Below are positions 26,404 through 39,950 of a stretch of DNA of 64,000 bases, in pieces. Each line of letters begins with the position of its first letter. Position 1 is the first letter of the stretch. This DNA comes from Octopus vulgaris (lineage: Eukaryota). The notes under the pieces were generated by a model that worked only from the letters and a program-made list of their open reading frames with translations, was not told the DNA's origin and did no database searches. A program made the position numbers and the translations under genes. Where the stretch lies: contig OX597817.1 in the NCBI GenBank assembly GCA_951406725.2, positions 102,114,001 through 102,178,000 of the forward strand, written 5' to 3'.

Positions 26404-26613
26404 GCATTCCAACTCCTGCTTCCATTTCAGAAAGTCTGTCCATTGTATAATGGATCGCATCTGACCGAACTTGATAGTGGTAAGAAGCCCATCGCTTAAG
26501 TACATCCTCTTCCATTGTTAAAACATTGAACAAGTCTGGAATGGGATCCTTAAGGATTTCAATTGAACTACTTTTATAGGGGACTTCATTTGGATCTGGT
26601 GGAGGACATAAAC
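26404..26613 (-). CDS. tsg: Twisted gastrulation homolog, middle coding exon (210 bp, phase 1-1)
   Basis: Acceptor ttttcattttctag and donor gtaagt. Translation (G)LCPPPDPNEVPYKSSSIEILKDPIPDLFNVLTMEEDVLKRWASYHYQVRSDAIHYTMDRLSEMEAGVGM(R) matches the Tsg S.VE.L..PIP.LF..LT.....W motif. It is absent from the ORF track. Confidence 0.93.
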
Positions 26614-27812
26614 CTAGAAAATGAAAAACATAATAATTTTTCTGAAAAAGAACATCTTTTTAAGAAAAGGTAAGACAAATGCCTTATACATAAAACTCAT
26701 GCATCTGATACATTAATACTCCATACAAACAACACCTTAACATACACGAAAAGTAAAAGACTTTAAAGAATGGTACAAAAATAGATGCATCAGTACTGTA
26801 ATTAAAATCTCCACAGTTAAAATAATCCATTCACCTATGAAACTAACTTTACTAAAATAACTCCTCTCCAGACATCATTTCCTGCTCCACACATCTATCC
26901 CTAACAAAATGAACAACCCTCAACTCTGCTCTGACCATCCATCATCTTCTTCAAAATGCACATATAAATAGCCAAAACAAAGCCACTTTCATAAACTTTT
27001 TAAAAATTCTAGAGGTATTACATTGCTAAGATTCAGAATTACATTTTTCAAAATCCAACAACAACATTATCAGTAATGTAAAAACAGCATGACACATTCA
27101 ACAAAATAACTGTAGAAGTTTCCTCACAACATATCCTCCATGACAACAATAACAAGCACCCCCATCCTACTACAAAACTGAAATCTTAATATGATAAAAG
27201 CACAAAGACAACATCAAACATAACACCACATGCAACAGAAATATCTTGTATCTTTAATTATTTTTCATGATGGTAGAGTAGTATTTGAGGAAGAGTTGAG
27301 TGTAATGCCTTACTGGTTGAGCAACCACATAGAGGCCTCCTAAACTGCCTCCAAACACCCAGACACATATACAATACTTTAAAGTAATGTTACAATTACA
27401 CCCTATAAACACTATCTCTTCCATTTAACTTACATAAGCATAAGAAACAAGAACACATACAGAGAAATAGCTGCAACATAACAGCTGCACTGGTTCTAAA
27501 CACTATGCACACTACCAATATATGCAACTCTTACACTGTGACCAAATCCACCTGACTTGCTTCTATTGTAGCCATCATCAGAATTAGGAATAGGCTGGAT
27601 AGTGGAGAGTGTAGATATATCCAGTGTCACATTGCATCTGATATAATTCATCAGTGTAGGTTGAGCATGCAGCATACTAGATGAAGACATTATATAAATG
27701 GATCAATGAGCCATGCCTCATTGTTTGGTTTACTACCTGCATGTGATAGGACTTCTTGATTAGGTCTGACCTGAAGCTAATCAACAATAACAGAAATATA
27801 ATTGAGCATTAA

Positions 27813-28313
27813 TCCTTTTGTTACCAAACTGCCCAAGACCACCTTTGCTTCTAATGATACAAACTTTCTATATAAAGTGATCTAAATTAAAATTCCATAT
27901 TAATTTATGTCCCAGCTTCGTTATGACATGGATGTTTTAGTAAATTTAGCATTGGATATGATAAAAAAAAATGTATGAACAAAAATGTAAAAGCCATATC
28001 TGAACTCACAACACTACACACTATCCAAAAAATAGCCCCACTAGGAAAAGCCCACATCCTATGCAAGTTACTATCAATTTAACACCATAACATTACTGAG
28101 GAAAGGTAGGCATTAACCAATTCAGTCCAACTTTTAAAGGATAATTTCTTCTTTGCCCATTTCTAAGTGAAACAAATCCCCTTGCTTATGACTTCTCAGA
28201 TCTAACTGACCTATAGGTCTGGTCAAAGCCAGACCCTAAGCACCATAAGCCTGCAGTCTATAGACAAAACTGAAATAAAGAGGGTGTAATCCAACAGAAA
28301 TTTAGTAAAAGGG
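27813..28313. mobile_element. Degenerate piggyBac-type MITE related to 51191-52256
   Basis: TTAA-TCCTTTTGTTACCAAACTGCCC ... GTAAAAGGG-TTAA. Confidence 0.6.
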
Positions 28314-28829
28314 TTAAACAAAACAAGGAAATAACAATGAACTACTATACTCCCACCAAACCTAACATGTTTACCTCCAGAGCCACTACTTCAATCTAAT
28401 AGGAGAAGCCACTAAATGGTAGTTGTTTTGCTAAAATCAGCAACTAAATTTCCTTTAAATAACACCTACTACCTTTTAAATGAAGGAACACATTGAAAAC
28501 TATAGTTCTGGATTTCCAGTACCCAGGAAAAGAAGTAGTAATGGCTGGAATAGCTTTGATAGTATGTGCTCAATAATGCTGACCTAATGCCCAACAAAAA
28601 CAATTAATGAATGAATGAAGGAACCTTTATGTGATTGCTTAACCTGCAATGAAATACAGCTGTTTTCATGTCTTTCCTTTTTGGTGATCAGTGAGGACAA
28701 ATATGCTACCATCATTGTGTACATACTCTTCCCCAATGTATTGATTCACACTATTACACTGCTTTGCAGTATGCAACAGGTCATTCAAATTGCAGATGTT
28801 GACAGAGTAACTCTTCCTCTGTACAAACA

Positions 28830-29050
28830 TACTACTCAACATAATTTCCATTACAGGTAATGTATTTGTACCATTGCTGAATTCAAAAAAATTCAGGTGT
28901 GCATTGTTGTACCTACATCTTCACAACCTCATTTGTGCCATCAAATTATTGCTCCTAAAGACTTTGAAGACTCCTAAAGTCATTGAATTGACCAAGTGGT
29001 AGTTGGAGGGCACCAGGTTCAGGCTATTGAGTGAATGGGGAAATCAATGA
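28830..29050 (-). mobile_element. Mariner transposase 3' relic
   Basis: Minus strand PHSLNSLNLVPSNYHL (HPPYSPDLAPSDYHL-like) ... QQWYKYITCNGNYVE. Confidence 0.55.
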
Positions 29051-29409
29051 TGAGCTCAATTTGCAGATTTCTTCTCTAATTCTCAGATATAGCTCTGAGA
29101 AATAGGCCATTGGCAGACAGGAGTTCCCACAGCTCATTTAAAAATCCTTTATCAAGACCTGGACTACTATAATAAGGCACTGAGAACTGAGCCTAGATGG
29201 ACATCTACCTGCATGCTAAATTCCTCATTGAACTCATTACTAATTCTCATTATGCTAATACCATTTACTTGGCTTGACTGGTGCTCAAAAGCCATTTAGC
29301 TACACCTAATTCTCTAAGAGACTACTAGATTACAGAGTGGTGCTCAGCCAAAAACCCTCTTCAGATTGATGAATATCAAGTACAATGGCTTTCTCATACC
29401 CAGGAGCTT

Positions 29410-30290
29410 CTGAAATTATTTCTCTAAAAAGGGAGCATTAGCAGTACCACATCTTGATGCAAACAGAAACAACATTGCAGAAAAGTTGGTTCTCTCCCGA
29501 ATCAGTTGTGCAATAACTTTGTTACTTCCATACAACAAAAGCATCAATTTGATGTCTGTATAAGTAGCTTTGGTTATATTTTGCATAATACATTTCATTT
29601 TGACAACATACATACATATCTGTTGTATATAATTTGTGTATCTTTGACATGTGTGTTATGAGCATCTATCTCTCTCTCTCATCTCTCTCTTTCTCTCTAT
29701 ATATATATATGCTGCATTACTAAATGAATTCCATTAGATAAAGAATAACTGAATAACTCTTATGTATGCAGCAATGCTATGCCTTTTGTTGGCTGTCATA
29801 TTCCAAATGGGAATACTGACATCAGCAAGGCTGATTCTGAGTTGAAAATCCCACATAACCATATAGGGATTAAAATTGAATTATTTTTACTCCCACATTG
29901 CTACAACAGCTTCTTCCTGAAACATTTCTTTGACCTTGAACCTGTTGATGATAACAGTTCAATGTACCCTTTACTATCAGATTGACTATACAAGTCACTC
30001 ACCTGTGTATCTCCTGCATTACTGAATATTTTCAGCATTTCAACAACTTTCCTTGGAAGTACAGCTTCTTTCCCTGCCTTCATATTTTTAACTCCACTTT
30101 TAGCTATTAACTATCAACTTTAATAATTGGTCTTCCTGTTGAGGATACTTAGGGTAGGCCATCTCACTTTCAGGCAGTCAGCAAACTCCCATACTGCTAT
30201 TTCTATGCCTCTTTCTTTTTGGCACCAGTGAGGACAACTGTGCCTCTTAACCATTGTGCACATACTTTAACCAGCTTTTGGATTTATACT
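29410..30290 (-). mobile_element. RTE LINE reverse-transcriptase relic (interrupted)
   Basis: MKAGKEAVLPRKVVEMLK (MK.GKA.GP..I..EMLK-like) and YTDIKLM...VIAQLIRERTNFSAMLFLFASRCGTANAPF (YRGIKL...QFGF..GRGT.DAIF-like). Confidence 0.65.
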
Positions 30291-33200
30291 ATTACATTAC
30301 TTTGCAATATGAAACAACTCAAAGCTGCTGATCCTCTTACTGCAGAACACTGGCCAACTTTTTATTTTCAGCTCCTTGCTAGAGATATCTGACATCTAGT
30401 TTCTTCTATTGTTTCTTATTCTCCTCTTTCTTTTAATCTTTCTCTCTCGAAACATATATACATATATATATAATATTCTTAAGTCTTTGACTTGAAATCT
30501 GAAGTTGTTAAGCTGGATACTGAGCCCAATATGATGTTTTTAACATTCTTGTATAAACAAAGTTGTTTTTAATTTTGTAAGCTTTAATACAAACTACCTT
30601 GATCAACATTAATAAACATACATCAAGGAATGCATCTTTATGTTTTCATATTATTTTGCCAACTATTTACAAAAACCTAAATACACATCTTTTGATACTC
30701 TGTGTCTCTTGTATCAAGTGTATCTAATATAGATGTGTTGCCTTAGCAACACTGAAGACAGTTTATAGAAGCTACCAAACTTAAAATCTCTTCTTAAGTG
30801 GCATGTTTATAAACACCTTTGGCCTGATCAACTGCCAAAATGTCTAACTGCAAGTATTACAGTTGCTCTCTAAAGAAATATAACTTTCTTCCTTTCTCCT
30901 CCCTTCCTCCCACAAACACTATTTATACAAGTAAAAAGCAAATAGTTCTTGCTTATAGCCAAACATTTATGTACTTAAAAGTACGAAGCAAAATTTTTTG
31001 GTAGGTACCTAGCTATAAAAACCAAGACCAGACTACTGGAAGAAGATGAAGAAGACAGAGGAGGAGGAGAAGAAGAAGGAGGAGGAGGAGGAGAAGATGA
31101 TGATGATGATGATGATACTGCAATCTGAATTTTAAAATTTGGTTTTAGTGTTTGTCAGTTTGTTAAATCAATAAGGACACACCAGTGTCCTTATTGCATA
31201 ACCTCAACAATATATAGTAGGAAGTGGAGGAGAGAAGCAACATAACATCAATATAGAACACTGTAACTGAAGAGGAGATGGTGAAAGGAGTTGTGTTATT
31301 TTGACCGATAAAATAACACATTAATAAATTCATGACTCCTTTTCTTAATGAAGTTGAAATAAAGACAGTTCAAGTTCTTTAAGATTGTTTTATTGATAAA
31401 TTTAAATAGATTTAATCAATATTTGATGAGATGCTAGAGAATATGACTGTCAAACTAGACAAAAGTACTTGTCCCATTAAAGTAGCATTCTTTAATTAAA
31501 GTTATTTTCATAATCATTGAAATCATGGTAAACTAAGCACCAAAATTAATAAGACTCACATTGCATTATCAGATTCAGCATACAAAATACAAGCGACAGA
31601 GTGAATGATTCTGACCAAAAGACAGATACCCTCATTTAATTGCTTGATACAAAGTAGATTATAAAATGCATGTATCACATGTTTGGTACCTGCTAAATGA
31701 TAGTGAAACCAGAAGATGCAAGGGTATGATTAGCTGGTTCGTACAATATCTACTCAAGTGGTAATCTAATTGGGACAGGACTAAAATAATCAACTGGTAC
31801 CTTGAAGAAATAGACTGTAAGAGCGAAAACTGTGAGGATTTGGAGCTGTGAAGCGAAAACTGTATGGATTTGGAGATCAATAAAAAAAAAAAGTATCATT
31901 AAAATATAGCTTATTCTGATAGGGATAGATATAAAATATATGACTTAGAATGACTAAGTGGGCTAATATGAAAGAAGTGTACACAGAAAATACAAAGCTG
32001 TTTTGCTAAACTAACATACTAGAAATATAAAAATATTTGTGAAACCAATAAAAAATAAAAATGGCTGAGTTTATGAGAAGTCATAATACCCCACCACTCA
32101 ATCAAAAAAAAAAGAAAGAAAGAAAAAGAAACAATTATGATTAAAAAGGGTTTAAGCATAACATTGAGCTGAAGTTTAGTTGAGAATGTTAAACATAATG
32201 AAAGAGTTGCGTGGATTGTATTTAAGAAAACTTTGGTGAGAATTAGCTACAGAAAAAAGAACCAAATTAATATATCTGAAGATGGGCTTTCACAAATTTG
32301 AATTAACTAATCAAATATTTTACAGTCATATCTCATCAAATTCAATCTGTTTCCAACTGTAATAAACAGGAAACAGTGCCTACACAATGTAAGTCAGAGA
32401 ATTTGAACTTATGAATAATTCCACATTTGTAATCCAACACTTTAACCACTTAGCATGCATACATTTGAAACCAATATAGAAACATCTATCTATTTGAAGT
32501 TAAAAACTTCACCATGATACCATGATGTCAGCAGCAGTTAATGATAGAATATATGCAGAGGTGGGATACAGACAGTGTAATTGAATAACCTTTTTGATTA
32601 CTTTTTATCAGCATAGAAAGAAGCATTGAAAGAATTAGCTTCAAAATCAGGTTATCAGTGGTGATTCTTATTCTCATTTCTAAATATACACAAATAATTA
32701 TAATGATTATCAAATTAACTAACAGCTGCTTAATTTTTACAGTAGTAAGAATTACTGGTGGTTAGAGAGCAATGTACTTTATTAAAGTATGCACTTGTAC
32801 AGAGTAAAATGGTTAATGTGAAATACAACTTAGCATGTCAGACATCACCTTTTCCTCAGAAGTTTGAATGTTCACCTTGAACAAGTAGTAATGCACATCA
32901 AACCTCTATTCAAAATCGAGTCATCATGATAATGACAGCATGCAGGATATGAGATGAGTGTGACAGAGGAGAATCTTCTGAGCATGATTAAAATTATGAG
33001 TAATCAAATTTTCAATGAGATAATTATACTACAAAGAGGAAATCTTCCAACAAACCAACACTGTTAGAATTAAATCCATACTATACAAATATGAATTAAT
33101 AGGATCCTATGGAGATGACTAGAGTCTTCTCTGTAAGAGCTTGTTTGGACAGCTACACTAAAGTCAAAACCTGGCCAGAGAACAAGTGAAGCAGTTCAAA

Positions 33201-33972
33201 GACTAGCTAAAAATCACTTCGACGAAGAGTAACATATATTCTTCAAGAATGAAAGACATTGTTAATTACGGCTTATTTTGGTGGCCTCACTGCTTGACAG
33301 ATACTGAAGCTATAGAGGAGGTATGCACTTACCACTACAAAGAGAAATAAGCAAAGAGGCATGCAGTAATATTTGGCCTTTCTAACCAAATGTGTACATG
33401 CCTCATGTGCAACTAAACCTGCAACATATAGTTACCAAATGACCACTAATGAAGAAGATTTGGTAGATAATCATAAGCAAGTAAGCAGGTGTGTGTGTAT
33501 GATAGCTCACCTGTTAAATTTGATGAGTGGTTACGCTCATACTAGACTAGTACAAGTTTTTCTTTTGTTTTCTATAGTGGAAAAGAGCTACATGCACACC
33601 AAATTCACTTTCTCATTCTTACACCATATGCCTAGTTGCAAGATAAAGCCAAAAGAACTGAGCTTGTACCAGAATACAAAAGACAGCCAGAATAGCTCAA
33701 AGGATCTCCAGACCTCACAGTACTATTCAACTTGGTGTGTCAAGGATACAAAATATTATTCTACATTTTCCATTGTTGCCACCCATACATGTTATGTTCA
33801 GTGACTTATTGCTGCCAATTTTGGGGCAGTGGAGATGATGGGTACTTATTTCTTCAATACGTCATTTGAATGAAATATGAACATGTTACTAACTACACAT
33901 GCACACACACTTAAAATGCAAGTGTACACATTATTCGATGGTCACTGACTCAGCCAAGCTTATCTTCTAGAA

Positions 33973-34248
33973 CAGTGGTTCCCAAACTTTTTTGGGTTGC
34001 CGGCCCCTTGACACCCAGGCTACATTCCTTGTGCCCCCACCCCAAGTAACCAACACAAACATAGACCTCTTTCTGAAGCAAATTCAAAGCAACTGTATTT
34101 CACAAATTAAACAACCTAACAAACTCATTATTTTGTTGTTTTTACATGTATCATTATTGCCCCACATTTTACATGAATTGCTACCTATTATTGCTCCACT
34201 TTTCTTCAACACCCCCTTGGAACTTTCCACTGCCCCTGAGAACCACTG
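33973..34248. mobile_element. hAT/Charlie-like MITE
   Basis: TIRs CAGTGGTTCCCAAA ... TGAGAACCACTG, with 8-bp NTCTAGAN-type flanks TTCTAGAA / CTCTAGAG. Confidence 0.75.
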
Positions 34249-34652
34249 CTCTAGAGAGTCCCAAATCATTCTTCACCAAACAAGTTTGGTAGGGTTACCA
34301 GTTAGTGACTGATGAACCGTGCAACAAATTGTACTAGGTTATATGTCACAAATGATTTGATGTGTGTGTATGTGTGTTACACACTTTATAAGGTGGTTTG
34401 TTAGGAGGGCTATTTAGCCATGGAAACAATGTTAAAGAAATGAAACATACAGGTGGGGTGGGTAGTAGTCTGACCAATCTAGAAGGGCAGGAACTGTGAA
34501 TAAGAACTGACTTGGACTGCAACAATTTATCCAATGAGTTTACAGCAGATGTAAAATGATGATGATGATGATGACACACACACACACATATACACACACT
34601 ATCAACAATACTACAAAAGCAGGAACTGAAGACAGCAAGATGTGCAACTTAC

Positions 34653-34875
34653 CTACACAAGAACAGCATTCTGCATAAAGGCGAGATAAGCAGATCTGAC
34701 AGTCATTACAACAGGTGCAATTCTTTTTGTCTGTCATATCGCATTCACAACATTTGATTAGTTGACATTTACTTACTCGACTTGCACAGATGGCATCATT
34801 GCAGGCTGCTGCAAGCGTAACAAGATAAAGCGCAGCTGCAAATCCCAGCAACAGTCGCTGGAGTAATCTATCCAT
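34653..34875 (-). CDS. tsg: Twisted gastrulation homolog, first coding exon (signal peptide plus N-terminal Cys-rich BMP-binding domain)
   Basis: ATG at 34875. MDRLLQRLLLGFAAALYLVTLAAA|CNDAICASRVSKCQLIKCCECDMTDKKNCTCCNDCQICLSRLYAECCSCV matches the Tsg CN.A.CAS.VSKC signature. Donor G|gtaagt follows 34653. An acceptor ttttatttttgcag before 34893 implies an upstream UTR exon. Spliced CDS = 223+210+530 = 963 nt (320 aa). Confidence 0.95.
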
Positions 34876-36308
34876 GTTTTTTAATTTATTTGGCTGCAAA
34901 AATAAAAAAAATAAAAATATTCAGAATAATTTTTTTAATAAAAAGCATAAATTCAGAAGTTTACAGTAATTAAAAGTTTTTTTGTTCTTCTCTTTCTCAG
35001 AATCATAGGAAGAGAAATAGTTTGGAGAAGTCCAGTTAATAATTACATCCCATTATTATATGATAGGTTGCAGTGGTGGTGGTTGTTTAAACCAAAGTTA
35101 ACCCTGATCAAGCAGATCAATGATCAAAGACTTTCCCACTGTGACTAACCTGTATGTTATTCCAAAATAGTATTAAACTAAGAGTATATTATCCTATGTA
35201 TTTTTCCTTTTAAAGGATCATGGATGTGATTTGAGCCTCTATGTAATGAACAAGCTATAGCTCTCAGGCTAGGTCTGGCCAATCAGCCAAAATTATCCTC
35301 TCCACGGTTATTATTATTAATCTTCATTAATTAATTTTAAAATACAAGAATTCTATAGAGTAAGGTGGCTTGTGATCCCTTCATGGATGTAAGTGTAAAA
35401 TGGCAGCTGAATTCTAATGTAGAGATCCCTTTTGATTCAATTACATGACAGGTTGAGGGAGATACCTCATCTCATTTGTAATGTTTATTCATATTGGTTT
35501 CAAATTTTGGCACAAGGCCAGCAATTGTGGGGGAGGGGGAAAATCAATTACATTGACCCCAGTGTTCAACTGGTACTTATTTTATTGACCCCCGTCCACA
35601 AGGATATGTTTATTCATATTAAATAAAATGAAAACCTTCCGCCTTCTATTTTAATAGTATGACCCCGAGGGGAAGTTAATGTAATTAAGAAATACTTCTA
35701 TATCAAACCTAGAGGAGTTTGTCACAGCAGATAAAAATATTAAAACTTTAAGTTAGGACTAAAGTCACAGAAAAACAAAATCAAACTATTCTAGCCTAAA
35801 TATTAGCACATATGCCTATCAAAATACAAAATTGATTGGAAAATATATTGATAAAAGCTCAGATAAATACAAAATATGAAATTTGAAATTAATACACCAA
35901 CCAATACTTCTACTTAAGACTAAAACATTTACATACTGCCACATTTGTGAGCTTATGTGAAAGTGAATGTCTAGATGTATTTATTCTAGTAACAATGTAT
36001 TAGTGTGAGCAGAAGCATGGTAATTCATTGGCAGAGAATAATAATTGACAGTTTACATGAGACCGGTTTGAACCTTGTCAGATATACTGTTATAGGAAAT
36101 GGGGTTTCAGAATTTTACAAATATATATCAGAATGGACTATTGATAGAGCTGCTACATGGATGCACAAATGATTAGAGATAACAGCTATATTTCTTTCAA
36201 ATCACATCCTAGTGTCTTAAAAAAAAGGAATACATTTAAAACAAGATTGTCATGTTTGGATGTTTAATTATAGTCTGTTTAATTATAGCTGACTTGGGCT
36301 AAACAAGA

Positions 36309-36373
36309 ACCACCACCACCACCACCACCACCACCACCACCACCACCACCACCACCACCACCACCACCACCAC
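36309..36373. repeat. (CCA)n microsatellite
   Basis: About 21 CCA units, directly visible. Confidence 0.95.
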
Positions 36374-38479
36374 AATTAGGTATAATAGAAAAGTCACTGA
36401 AAATTTTAGGGATCCAAATCTGGTTTAAGAAGTTTGCTTTGCTAACATGCAGTTTCAGGGTTGGTTCAACAGCATAGCATCTTGGACAAAGGACTTCTAT
36501 TATAGCCTTGGTAGCCCAATCCTTCAGAGTGAAATGTGTTAAGGCAAAATCTATAAGAAGCATGTCTGGTGTGAGTATATGAGACATATGCATTTGTGTG
36601 CATCTGTGATAATATTTAGGGTTTGACAAACAAAACAATGAAATAAGTACCAGAAGTTAAATAAAAAAAAGATAAGTACTAAGTCTGATATGATTAACTA
36701 AGCATAAAGGTAATGCCCCAACAGAGTCACAGTCCAAAGACTGAAACAGCAGGAGATTAACAATGCGACTACATTTAGCGCATAAGTTACTATACATTTG
36801 AAGACTATACAAAGGGATCCAGTCATAATATAAACATTACAGATATGTATTTAAAGGAAATTAATGATGTACACAACAAATAGTGCCTTTATCATTCCAG
36901 CATGCATAAAAGTAGGTTATTTATGAAAATTTCCCCCTTCATTTGTTAAACAATGGATTAGATAAGAAATAATTGAAACTTTTCCATTGATAAACATTAG
37001 ACTGGTTTAATTATTTCTATAATACAATAATATAATGTATTGGAAGTTTTAGCAAAAGAATTACACTTTAAAAATGATACAGAAAAGCATGCAGAATAAA
37101 GAAACAAACAAAAAGAAAAAAACTATATTCCTGTGCATAGATAGATAGATAAATAGACGCATGGAGAGAAAGACAGAGTAAAATAGAGATTGAGGAAGTG
37201 AGAATAAAAAGAAAAACAAAACGGGGTGGGGGAAAGAAGACTGGCCAAACAAAGTAATACATCCATTGTGAAAAAAATACATATTTTATGAATGCATACA
37301 CTCACATAACCCTTTTACTATTTGTTCATTTTTTTTTTTTTTTTTTTTTTTGTAATTAAAGAACAAGAGTGAATGTTTAAAAAAAGGGTAAGAAAGATTA
37401 CAAAAAACATACTTTAACTTGAAGTAGGTGGCTTCTCTAGTAAGAAATGAAGAGAATCTTAGGAGCAACAATAATAGCAGTGAAAGCAGCAGCCAAAAAA
37501 CACACAAGATACTGAAGCAGAGCAGTTGTGTTAAGGCTGTACATTCAACTCTCACTGCATTTCTTTGGTACCTCAATAGCTCACAACTAGCAGTAGGTGA
37601 TTTAATTAGTAGCTTGTAGTTGTCCTAATGGCTATTGGTTGCTTGGATTGGTTGATTGGTCAGTAAAAAAAGAGAAACAGAGAGGGAGGGGAAAAGTGAG
37701 AAAGAGAAACAGAGAAGATGGCAAAAAGGGAGAGAGAGAGAAGGAGAAACAGAGAGGGAGGGAGAGAGAGAAAAGTGAAAAGAATATATAATACAAAATA
37801 GGAAGTCATTTTAATAACAGCTTAGACAAGAATAGAAGAATATATGAAAGGGATTTGTGAAGAAGAAGAGAAAAATAAACTGAAGAAATATTAAGTATAG
37901 ATATAAAGTTTGAGGGTGGGAAGTGGAGAGAGAGAGAGAAACCAGAGGAAACTAATGGGGGTGGAAAGAATATAAAAAAAAATGAGTGATCACTGATACA
38001 GAAAGGAAGCAATTATATACATGTATATAAAATTCTATAAAGCTTTTACTGCTTTCAGTTATTCAACTGTGGTCATGCTGGAGCATCATAGCCTCCAGGT
38101 ATTTTATTTGAATACATTATACATCAAACCCCCAAACTCAGTTTGTCAAGCTCAAAAATGTGGAAAAAGTAGAAATGAATGGAAATTGAAGACAGGCTTA
38201 ACTAAATACCAGCAGATATTTACTCTGTTAATTTATTGATGATGCTATTTTACTTAGCATTTTATGTGTGTTTGTATATATATCAACATCATTTAATTGC
38301 TGTATTCCATTCTAGCATGGGCTGCATGGTTCCTTAGGATCCAGCTAGCCTGAGGACTTGTTGGTCTCCAGTGTCTGCTTTGGCAAGGTTTCTATGGTTG
38401 GAAGCCCTTCATGGTGCCAACCACTTTACAGAGTATACTGGGTGCTTATCTCATGGCACCAGCACTAGAGAGAGAGGTG

Positions 38480-39000
38480 TGGGATTACCAAATGACTCAC
38501 AAGACAAGATCCCTTGACAAAGTGGGGATGCAGTAATGAGTGAGGTGGTTTTCTGCAAGGTGTAGAAAAGCTAAAGCAGGAGAGAAGGACAAGAACAGGT
38601 ATCTTGCTGGGTACACTAGCAGAAAAAGGAGACAAGATGGTGGAGATGAGGTGTCAGGGAGTACTCTCAAGGCATAAGAAAGTGGGAAAGAGGGAATAGC
38701 GGCAGAGAATTGAGGATGGCTGGGTGGGTTGGTAGGGGGAATGAAGTGAAGTGTGGTGGGGAAACATGTACACAGAGGTAGATAAGGTGAGTTACATAAA
38801 GGGGGTGTTGATGGCAGAGATGAGAGAGCATTCAGTAGACATATAATGGTAAGGGATGATATTGGGAGTGTGAGATGGGTGACAAGGACAGCAGTTTGAA
38901 AACAAGGGATTCTTGATAGTACAAAAAGGAAGAATATGTGCAGTTCTGCTTTCATATTATTACAGCAGCGGAGAAATAGTGCTGGAGTCAGAGGAAGAAT
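38480..39000 (-). mobile_element. Decayed Penelope-like RT C-terminal region (possible)
   Basis: Minus-strand CPCHPSHTPNIIPY resembles the PLE S.HP.H...IPY motif; otherwise degenerate. Confidence 0.4.
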
Positions 39001-39903
39001 GGAGGGTTTTATTACAAAAGTTAGTTGCTAGGAAAATTTAACAGGTACAAAATAAGTATTGGGGAAGGAGGTATAGACATTGCCAATATGCTTTTGGGAC
39101 CTCATTCTTGCCGAGATGAATAGGTCTTCACAAGTATGGCAAATTGCCATCTATCTCAGTCCTTTCTCATCTCCTCTGAGGTTCAACAACATATTTCATG
39201 TTGTACCCAAATATGCATATATATATATATATATATATATACATACGTATATATATATATAAGTACATACATACATATATTTTATTTATATTATTATATG
39301 ATTGAATGCCATGCATCCATTTCCAAGTAAGTTTATCTTAATAATTTTGATGCGACTTGCCTCCTTTCGTTTTCTCTCTCATCCTTTCTCTAAGTCTTTT
39401 TTTCCCCTTCACCGTTTTCTCTCTTTCTCCTATACTCTCTCTCGTTGCTCACATGTGACCATCGTCCATTTTTCTTTACCTCACGTGATCATCTTTCTTT
39501 TCATTCAGCCTGCTGTACAGCCCAAATGCATAATTATATGTCTCCTCTTCTATTTTCACTCTTGTCAAAGACAATATTCCTCCAGTATTCACTACCTTAC
39601 CTTGTCAGGCCTAATGGCCCTCCATGTTTGTTTTTGTTTGGTTTGATGTATATCTCCACTGTCCTGTTTTTTGTTACCAACTTTGACCCTATGCAAATCC
39701 CAAATTTTATTTTGGTTCATGGGAGCAACTGATTTTCGAAGTCTCATTTTGTCATTAAATGAGTGAAATGAGGAGATGGACAGCAGACAACTGATGAAGG
39801 ATTGTTCTTTATGTTACTTGTCTTGTTTTCCATTTGTTCCTCTTGTTGTCTGTATACCCAAATTTCATATTGTTTACGTTTTGTGATGTTCTGTACCCAT
39901 ATA

Positions 39904-39947
<44 letters not shown>

Positions 39948-39950
<3 letters not shown>

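Noticed and set aside
31020-31116. GAA/GGA/GAT tract that could encode an acidic exon
   Set aside because: Compound trinucleotide microsatellite with no supporting ORF or splice context.
34540-34652. ORF-track continuation of tsg exon 1 with a hydrophobic, TM-like tail
   Set aside because: It reads through a consensus GTAAGT donor into intron and microsatellite sequence. The spliced model restores the Tsg pattern.
39791-39830. CTGATGAAGG hammerhead-like half core
   Set aside because: There is no downstream stem II closure or GAAA.
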